NCBI GenBank assembly: GCA_907165135.1
Contig: OU015567.1
Location: 6,820,001 to 6,884,000, forward strand
Origin: Oikopleura dioica
Taxonomy: Eukaryota > Animalia > Chordata
Direction: 5' to 3'
DNA: 64,000 nt
Numbering within the stretch: the stretch's first letter is position 1; each line of letters starts with the position of its first letter. Of the stretch, positions 23,399 to 32,019 are shown in pieces. The position numbers and the translations under genes were made by a program. The notes below the pieces were generated by a model. It saw nothing but the letters and a program-made list of their open reading frames with translations, did not search any database and was not told where the DNA came from.

Positions 23399-24436
23399 TC
23401 AATGTGTTTTGTAGACATTGTTGTCAGCAAAGTCGGCGCGGCAATTCGGGCATTTTTTGTCTGAAAGGGCTGAGATACAGTTGAAGCAGAATTTGTGCGC
23501 GCAAGGAATGATGATCGCCTCTGGGCGCTCATCATCGTACGGATGGAGGCAGATTCTGCATTGATGCTTCTCATTCACTTCCTTCTGCCTCGCCTTCTTT
23601 GGTGCAATCTCATTTTCTGAAAAATTTAATCATTGATTATTGAATATTTTGATCCTACCGAAAGCTCTATTATCTATCTTTGCAACTGTTCTGGCGGCGA
23701 TAAAAAGACGCTTTTGAATTTTCCTGCGCCACTCTTTTTTGGTTTCGAGCTTTTTCTCTGCTGCTGCACATTTGTCTTCTGCGATTGTAAGTTCACTTTT
23801 GGCATCATCAAGTTGCCACTCCAACATTCTGACTTTTTCTTTTGCATCGTACATAGCGAATTGAGAATCATAAGATTCTTTTATAAAAGGCTTTTCGTCC
23901 TGTTTCGCTTGTTTGTAAAGCTTTTGCATAAGCACACATTCTTCTTCCTTCTCTAAGAAAAGATTGACATTGAGTAGGCTAAGAAATTATCAATTTTCGA
24001 ATTTATATAATATTTTATCATTTATTACCGGCTGTGATTTCTCTGTTCAAAGCGGTGTCGCAACATGATCCAACATAAAATTCATGATAAGAGAGTTTAT
24101 CCGCCTCACAGTTTCTCGCGGGACATTTGAAGGTTGCGTCGGTGGCTTGAAATTTCGCCGAAGATTTGGGATATTTCTTCTCTTTGCATTCACTGCAAAT
24201 GCGTTTTCCTCGGATTTCGGCAGTTGAATCAACAGCACTACAAATTATTTATAGAGGAATATATTATTATATATTATAAATTATATATAATATATAATAT
24301 ATTATATAATGATCTATTAGATCATAATTATTTATTTTATCGAACTCAACTATTTACACTCATGGCATTGGCCATAAGTGCCATACGAAGTAACATCACG
24401 AGGGTATGGAACAGGAAGTATATCGGCTTTCTGCAT
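23399..24436 (-). CDS. Zn-finger + coiled-coil + C-terminal C3HC4 RING protein (probable E3 ligase)
   Basis: Spliced exons give CHEC…CSEC…CPARNC…H…CC, a coiled coil, and the RING CRICLHPYDDERPEAIIIPCAHKFCFNCISALSDKKCPNCR before TGA at 23399. Start uncertain. Confidence 0.8.
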
Positions 24437-24584
24437 ACCAGATTCTCTATGAGATGATTTGTAGAAATTCAACCTGACGGTATCCTCTCGATATAATTTG
24501 ACCACTCAGAAAGCAGCTCTCTGAGTCATTAAAATATATTCTCGAAATGAAACATTTATTTGGCGAAAAACGCTTATTCGATTT

Positions 24585-24780
24585 ATTGAAATCATGGAAG
24601 TGTGTAATCATATCGGACAGTTTTATTGTGGCAGTTTTGCAATTTTAGCTGGAGGAGAGTCTTCGTCGATGATGATTTTCTCGAGCGCCTTTCGATTTTT
24701 CGACGATTTCGAAGATGGTGAGCTTTCGTCCTTGTCCCACTTCAGCTTTGCTCGGCGATTTTGGAAGCATGTGATCACCT
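24585..24780 (-). pseudogene. Duplicated last exon of Lbx (with acceptor and 3'UTR start) carrying W48C
   Basis: Near-identical to 28465-28663. Reads [15 protein letters not shown] instead of [15 protein letters not shown]; no upstream homeobox exons. Confidence 0.85.
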
Positions 24781-24804
24781 AAACAACAGCTATGTTGTTT
24801 ACAT

Positions 24805-24871
24805 CAGCCATCGGCCAAAACATTCCGATTTGCAAGACGAAGTCGAAAAGCTGGAAGGAACGGGTAAATGA
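24805..24871 (+). other. Two joined fragments copied from the upstream protease gene
   Basis: atcggccaaaacattccga matches ~22600-22618; tgcaa.acgaagtcgaaaagctggaaggaacgggt.aatga matches ~22882-22922. Confidence 0.8.
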
Positions 24872-25090
24872 ACGGCGTTCGCAAATTACGAACGGCGTTC
24901 GCAAAATCGAAAAATTTTTGCCCGAAAATCGTTCACAACTTTTTTCAAAATGTGTCCCAGCGGTAGAAAAAGACTGCTCCTGCAAAGCCAATGAGTTCTC
25001 TACAAGAAAATTCGCGAAGCGCACACTCACGGCAAAATTTTTTTCTCGTTGCGAACGGCGTTCGCAAGATTACGAACGGCGTTCGCAAAT
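24870..25090. mobile_element. Small inverted-repeat element with four cgaacg-g-cgttcg palindromes
   Basis: Doublets of gaacggcgttcgcaa at both ends, plus inverted cgttcgcaa…aaattttgcc arms. Confidence 0.55.
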
Positions 25091-25550
25091 TGGCAAGTTG
25101 AAATTGCGAACAAAGCCGCCCTACACCCAAATTTGCCACTCACATGTTTCTGAAGATGGAATTTAATTCGGAAAGCTCAAACAAATAAACAAAAAGAATT
25201 ATAAAACAAGATGTCAACACCAAGAGAGGTAGTTTTGACAAAGAAAAATCAATATTTTTACCGATATTAGGGCAAACTCGTCAATTTTCGGCGAAAAGTA
25301 CAATTTTCAAATGGAATTTTGAGGGTGTTAGAGTCGAGATAGACCCCCAAAAAGAATCCACATCCCAGAATCCATTTCTGGGGTCCAAATTATAAAATTC
25401 CGAAATACGATTTTTCGAAAAAAACTGACGGGGGGGGGGTCGGTCCTTAAAATCTTACGCTCGTAAAAAGGTCGTTAATGCCGTAAATGTAAAGATTTCA
25501 TCAGACTTGTTAAAACGCTTTTCCTCAGAGAGCAAAATTAAAAAGAGAGA

Positions 25551-28256
25551 ATGGAAGACAAAATCGGACTCACAAAACTTAAAATCACTGATCATCCTTC
25601 TCAACTGTCAAGGGAAAAAGTTGAGTGTTGGCTGAAAGAATTTCTTCCGAAATTGAAGAGGACGACTTCGCGGACGCAGAAATGTCGACTTTTGGAATCG
25701 GTCGAGCGACTTGATTTTGAAAATGATAGATATGCTGGTTCGTGGAAACTCTTAAAATTTGATAAAGAAGGCTGTGGAACGATTTACAACGGAAAAAATA
25801 GAAAACTTGAGGAGTTTGAGCAGACAAATTTTCAAAAACAAATTCTTCAAAATGATCCGTCTTTAATCGAAAACACAATTGGACGATGGGAAATCAAGGA
25901 AGAGTCTGGTGATTGGCAATTAGATGACGATTTGGAGGAGAAGGTGCTTTCGCGAGGGGGAGAAGCGATTGTGCTTGCTGAAAATTTCGACGTGCTTGAG
26001 ACAGCTGTGCGAGTGCAGGTCTTTGATCCGTTCATTTTCACGGAGGAGTTTGAAGAAAATGGATTTACTTGCGAGATACATCTTTCTAAAGGTAAAGACG
26101 GGTTTGAAATATTTTTTTAAGTTTTTTTTTGAGAATTTGAACCAGCAAAACAAAAATCGGAAAACGAAGAATCATCAGAAGCCGAGAATCAAATGCCATA
26201 CCATAAAAACGTTATCCACAACTTTGTGAATGTTGAGCTGTTTCACGGGAGAGACCAGAGCTGGAAAAAAGTATACTTCCCCCCGCCCTTCAAAAATCTG
26301 CAGGGCGCCCTTCATTCTTGAAGGGCGGTGAAGTACGAAATGGCTCTGAAGTATACTTCACGTGCTGAAGTATACTTCAGCTATCGGTTCTTATCGAAAA
26401 CTTTAGCTGCCACTTCATCTGCCACAATCAGCGTGGTTTAAATCATGGCGCCTGAGAGCCAATAAGCGGAAAATTTGAAAAAATTCTGGCGGATGGATTC
26501 TGATGGCCGACAGAACCAAGTTGAAGTAGAGTGAAGGGCGGAAGGGCGGTTGAAGTAGAGGGAAGGGCGGAAGTACACTTCACGCCCTTCAACGCCCTGC
26601 AACGCCCTGAAGTATACTTCATGAAGTATACTTCATTCTGAAGGGCGAGTGAAGTATACTTTTTTACCAACTCTGGGAGAGACGAGAAAAGAAAAGATTG
26701 TTTGGGATGGATTACGATTATGGAGAGAGGAGAGGCAAATTTGAGGACTTTGTTGAAGGAAGAAAAGATTGATTTGGAAAAAAGAAAGAAGATTGCGAAT
26801 GGAATTTTGGATGGATATGAATGTTTGTGGAGTCGTGGAATTCATCATCATGATCTGAAATTAGAAAACGTTTTGCTTGTTGGTGAAACTCCGAAACTGA
26901 TTGACTTCGGGCTCGTTAGGGAAAGAAGCGGACGAAAAGACTACCGAGAAATGGGGTACGCCAGAAGAGGAACAAAATACAAAACTGGTAGAGCTCTTAG
27001 TAAGTTTTTGGAAATTTTCAATTTTTACAAATTTTGAAGCTGCTGGGACGCCGGGATTCACTTCTCAAGCTCAAATCGCGATTGGAGCTGGTTATACTGT
27101 TTTTAATCTTTATTATTTTCTTTTCTGCGATTGGAAGACTGCGCGGACACTTCTTTACCAACCACTCGATCATGGTCAAAGAGAAGAAATAGATAAAATT
27201 GTTGAAGTAAGAGCTTGATTTGTTTGTTTTGTAATTTTTGTTTTTTTAGAAGTGTGGAGCAACCTCAATCAAAAAATTGAATCAAAAGCCTCTCTATATT
27301 TCAACATTTCGGAATTTCTTCTCAGAAGTCACGAAAATAATCTCACTGAAAAACGCGTCTACCGTTTTTTGCCTTGATGACCCAAACTTGACTCAATCCT
27401 GCAAAATGTCGAGTTTAAAACAAAACGCGACAAAGTGCGTCAACCAAAACATGCAGAATTTGACGAAAAACGTCTTCGACCAAAAAACTAGTCAACTTTG
27501 CGTCCCAATTTCGATCACCACTCTCCTCCGACACGCCATCAAAAATGACCTTGCTTTTGAAGACGAATACGGTCATTGCACATTTGAAAAAATTCTGGCA
27601 ACTTTGACGATGATCGTCTTTCCGCGAAGTTTGGCCGGACTCAATTTGAATCCCAACAAAAAAGAAAAAGAAAAGCAAGAAAACGAAATCGAGATTCTTT
27701 TGAACCGACTTTGCAAAGAAACTTATCTCATGAGAAGTGGATGGCAAATCATCAGAGGAGTATATGACGAAAACAAATCTTATGTAAAAGATTTTCCACC
27801 TAAATCAAGCTGTCAAATCAGTTCGGGTTATTCATCTTAAATAACCCCAATCTAAACCCAGTGACTCTGAACGAAAATTTCACCTTCACTCGTCCAGCAA
27901 CAGTCACTGGCGCCTATTTACCCTCTTCCGGCGATCTCCTCTTCCACCAAATGACGCTCGACCGGGTCGAAAACGGCCAGTACGTTCTCCAAAACTCCGA
28001 TTTCAAGGACCACTCTCCTGGTAAAATATTTCTATCAAACTCAAACAAGCCTCGTTCAGTTCTCCGCATTCCACTTAAAAGTCCATACTACGCTTCTCCC
28101 GAATACATCTTCAATCTTGTCAACCAAACTGAGTGCAACGTTTACCAAGACAACGAAATCAAACTCACACTCGTTAACCAGTATTTACAGAACATGGACG
28201 AAAACACCTGGTATCTTCTTCCTACTGCTTACACCACCCAGCTCATCTCAGAATAA
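25551..28256 (+). CDS. Kinase-papain-like protease fusion, paralogue A (exon 2 interrupted by a MITE)
   Basis: VLSRGGEAIVL, TAVRV, HKNVI, GWITIMERG, HHDLKLENVLL, LIDFG, AGTPGF; then DQKTSQLCVPIS … FHQMTLDRVENGQYVLQNS. Introns at ~26092-26133, 27000-27038, 27208-27250 and ~27830-27860. Confidence 0.8.
26256..26675. mobile_element. 420-bp hAT-type MITE (family B) inserted in a kinase exon
   Basis: TIRs cagagctggaaaaaagtatacttc / gaagtatacttttttaccaactctg. Perfect 8-bp TSD ggagagac (26248-55, 26676-83). Many internal gaagtatacttc palindromes. Confidence 0.9.
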
Positions 28257-28504
28257 ACACTCTTATCAATCACAAGGGCATTTTAAAATCATGGAAAACG
28301 ATTCTTTTTGACGATCTTCTTTGACTTCAATTCTTTATTTTCAAAAAATAGAGATATATTTAAAAACAGAGTTAAATGGGCAGCCGAACTGAATCATGAG
28401 ACACCTATATTTTAGACAATTTATGGGGCCTCAACAACACTTTCATTTTTATTATTTACTTGTTTATTGAAATCATGGTAAAGTGAAATCAAATCATACA
28501 GTTT

Positions 28505-29283
28505 TTATTGTGGCAGTTTCGCAATTTTAGCTGGAGGAGAGTCTTCGTCGATGATGATTCTCTCCAGCGCCTTTCGATTTTTGGACGATTTCGAAGATGG
28601 TGAGCTCTCGTCCTTGTCCCGTTTCAGCTTTGCTCGGCGATTTTGGAACCATGTGATCACCTGAAAAACAAAATGAATATCAACATTATCTGACTGATTG
28701 ATTACCTGAGTAGAAGTTAGTCCAAGAGTATCAGCGACATTGTCCCTGTCACTTGGAGTAAGATACTTCTGATGCTCGAATCGCTTCTCCAACTCTCTGA
28801 AAACAACTGTTAATTCATGAGTCTTTGTCTATTCCTTACTGTAGTTGGAAATTTGAAAACGCAGTTCTGCTTTTTCTTCGTTTTTTCGACCGATGATTCT
28901 TTCCCAAAATCGCCGAGAACTCATTTCCCGACGATCCAAAAGAGTTGCTATGAGTCAGCTCCAGCAGAGCATTGAGTGGAGTGGCGTTTTGCTCCTCGCT
29001 CAGAATGTCGTCGATTCGGAAGGATCGTTTCTTTGCTTTCTTGGGAGACGATGAGGATTGGAAGGAAAGAGGGGCTTACTTTTTGGCTCTGATTTGCTGG
29101 TGATTCTTGAAGAGGTTTTCTTTGCTGAGCTTGCTGGGCGATTGCTTGTCGTACGACTGGAGGAGTCAAAAGAAGAGGAAATATTCCTATGGAAGTATTT
29201 TTATTTTGCCCGTTTTTGAAAATGAATACCTGTTTTTGCCATAAGCTGGGAAATCGCGAGACTGTTTCCGTATAAAAATCCAT
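28505..29283 (-). CDS. Lbx: Ladybird-class NK homeobox protein
   Basis: Spliced homeodomain [69 protein letters not shown] and [15 protein letters not shown] are diagnostic of Lbx. Confidence 0.9.
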
Positions 29284-29584
29284 TGTTATTTTGTGTTTGT
29301 TCTCAAAAGAAGGTGTTGCTGGTTGCAGACCTTATCGAATTCTGATTTAGATTTCCGCTGGTCGAGGACACGGCGAGTGCCCGAATGCATATTTGGGCAC
29401 GCGGGGGCGCTACTCATCCGCTGATCCCGCCGTTATCATTTCTTTGCCATGTGCCCGAGAGGTAATAAACAGCATCCTTATTTGGGCGATCAAGGCAGTT
29501 TTCTAGCGCTCTATTTGATAATGCTAGTAAATTAAGGAGGATTTATTGAATCATAATTGCAAAAATTATTGAAATAAGTCGCAA

Positions 29585-29810
29585 GTAGAAGACCTGAATC
29601 AAGGACTAAAAGAGCTCGAATGAAAAGCCGCAAGGCGGCTTTTTTTGTAAACGAAGCTGCATAGCGGCTTCGCCAGAATAAATAATAGTTTATAGTGTAT
29701 TTTTAGCGAAGCTGCTACGCGGCTTCGTTTACAGAAAAGCCGCTATGCAGCTTTTTATTCGAGCTCTTTTGAGTCCTGACTCAGGCTTTCTTCACGTGCT
29801 TCCGAGCTCA
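29585..29810. mobile_element. MITE family A copy
   Basis: cctgaatcaagg…four gccgc hairpins…cctgactcagg…ccgagctca. Confidence 0.8.
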
Positions 29811-30179
29811 CGATGATACAGTTCTTCATGAAAAAAAAATACAGTCAGAGCAATAAAATGTAATTGTACCAAATAATTATTGATAAAAAGACGACGACGC
29901 GCGAAATAGTTGTAAGATCCAATTAAGTGTGTTAATCGATGCTAATTGCACTTTGCATTGGTAGAGGTTGATGACAGTGCCGTGGCAGCGAGGCCAGTGG
30001 CGTGTAATTTAAAGATTTAGAGCCGTCTCCGTGCAAATCATCCAAAAACCAATCCCCAATTTCAGCCCAGTTAACGCATTAGCGTTTTATGGCTTTGTCC
30101 CTCTTTCAGACAGGTCACGGGAAATGTGTGTTTTTAATGCGTGTTGATCTTTGAAATTTCTTCTTTGGCAAGCGAAGTT

Positions 30180-30447
30180 CTAAGCTCGGCAACCTGTGTA
30201 AAAAACCTGAGTCAGGTTCTGAAATTCAGAATCTGAATAGCTCAAATGAAAAGCCGCAAAGCGGCTTTTTAAAAACGAAGCCGCAGAGCGGCTTCGCAAT
30301 ACAATCACTCTTATTTACTTTAAATATCGGCGAAGCCGCTTTGCGGCTTCGTTTTTAAAAGCCGCTTCGCGGCTTTTCATTTGAGCTATTCAGATTCTGA
30401 ATTTCAGAACCTGACTCAGGTTTTTTAATACAGATTACCGAGCCTAA
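30180..30447. mobile_element. MITE family A, full-length
   Basis: Whole-element palindrome; flanks gcgaagtt / gtcaagtt (6/8 TSD match). Confidence 0.88.
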
Positions 30448-30866
30448 GTCAAGTTGTTTAGTTCTAGATATGTGGCTCTTGTTTTGCTTCCAAAAAATCA
30501 GCCTAGAAAAAAGCTGAGAAAAAAATATTTTTTGCGAAAAACGGATGATTTCTTGTGAGTACATCAACGAGTGGTACGAGTGGCTGGACTCTCATACGAT
30601 CATCGATTGGATTCTTTCCTGGAGTTCTTTAGGTTTGTCCCTCAATTTTCGCCTTCATGGGTTGAATGGGTTTCTTAAGACATAACTCAACTACTAGCGG
30701 AGATTCTCGGACTTCTTTACTGCATCAATTTTTCGCTGCAAGTTTTGAGGCGACGGACGATTTCATTCAACTTGCAGAACAATTCAAAGGGAACCCAGAC
30801 TATTCTATCCATCGTTCCGACAAAACAAACTACGGAAAGAAGAAGCTAACGATACTGTGACTTGAT

Positions 30867-31042
30867 TGGGGCTCGGCAACCTGTGTAGAATACCTAAGTC
30901 AGGGTCTGAAAGGTTTTTTGAAAAGCCGCGAAAATCGTGGCGAAGCCGCTTCGCGGCTTTGTTAAAAAAGCCGCGACGGAGCTTTTCATAAAAGACCTTT
31001 CAGACCCTGACTCAGGTTTTCTACAAAGGTTGCCAAGCCCAG
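30867..31042. mobile_element. MITE family A, internally deleted
   Basis: Both TIRs present; flanks gacttgat / gactcgat (7/8 TSD match). Confidence 0.88.
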
Positions 31043-32019
31043 GACTCGATCTTTCTCTGTCCATAGAGCTAATAAACGATAAACTAGACTAGGTAGTATC
31101 AGGAGAAGGAATTAAGCTCCACTATTAGCAATTCTTCTCGCAGAAGCTGTGCTTCGATTGATGTATTTATAACAGATCAGTTTGTGAAAATTGAGAAATG
31201 ATTTAGGCGGCAGCAATTGCAAGGAGCGGTTAATTGGGCTCGCGCAAATTATCGAACAGAAACTGTCACCACCGTTGCAAATACTAGCAATTTACTGTTT
31301 TCGCTGGAATTTCACGTTAAAAGCACGTCAGGTGCACAATGTGCAGTAGTGCTGAGAGCGTGGGGATAATTAAGTACTCGAAGGTGTAGGTGCTGACGCA
31401 TGAACCTGCGTTAATTGCGCCTCAAAGTTGAAAAGCAATTAATTGACGCGAGTTTGGCGAAAAGGGCCACCGCTGCGGCCACCTTTCTCACCTCGTGAAT
31501 TTTCGAAAATCACCAAAACCTGCAGCGCGATGACAGACGGCAGTTTTCACAAAAATCAACCTCCAAAAAAGGAGACAAAAGGAGAGTCAAGTTCTCTTCC
31601 TTGATTTCTGAATTGGAGTTTCGAGGTACTTTTGATGATTGAACGATTATAATTTTATCAACCATAGTTCAGAAAGAAGAGCTGGAAACTAATGAAGGGT
31701 AAAATTAGGGAAAGGCTTCGTTATTCGATCTCGTCGTACATTTTTACACACTAATGACTTTTTTATGACCGTAAAATAATTGTCTCAAAATTGGAACTTG
31801 TTGAATGAGTAACTAAAAAGCTTTCCTTTTTTTATTTACTGCTCTTGAAATTCTTGAGGGAGCTGACCCTTCGAAACAATTCGAATAAGTATAATAAAAA
31901 CCGCATCGTAAAATACTGAGTAAGTTGTAAATACTTAGCTGATCGGTCTTTCACAGTATACAACGATATCGCCCTATAGAGAAAAATTTCTGATACTCAG
32001 AAATAAACATCTTCAGAAA

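Noticed and set aside
24792-25166. 124-aa ORF as a real chimeric gene
   Set aside because: It is built from copied protease fragments plus repeat sequence and has a non-ATG start. Kept only as part of the mosaic finding.
30180-30447. gccgc hairpins with A/T tails as CRISPR repeats, REP elements or bacterial terminators
   Set aside because: They sit inside TIR-bounded elements with 8-bp TSDs in intron-containing eukaryotic DNA; there are no regularly spaced unique spacers and no cas genes.
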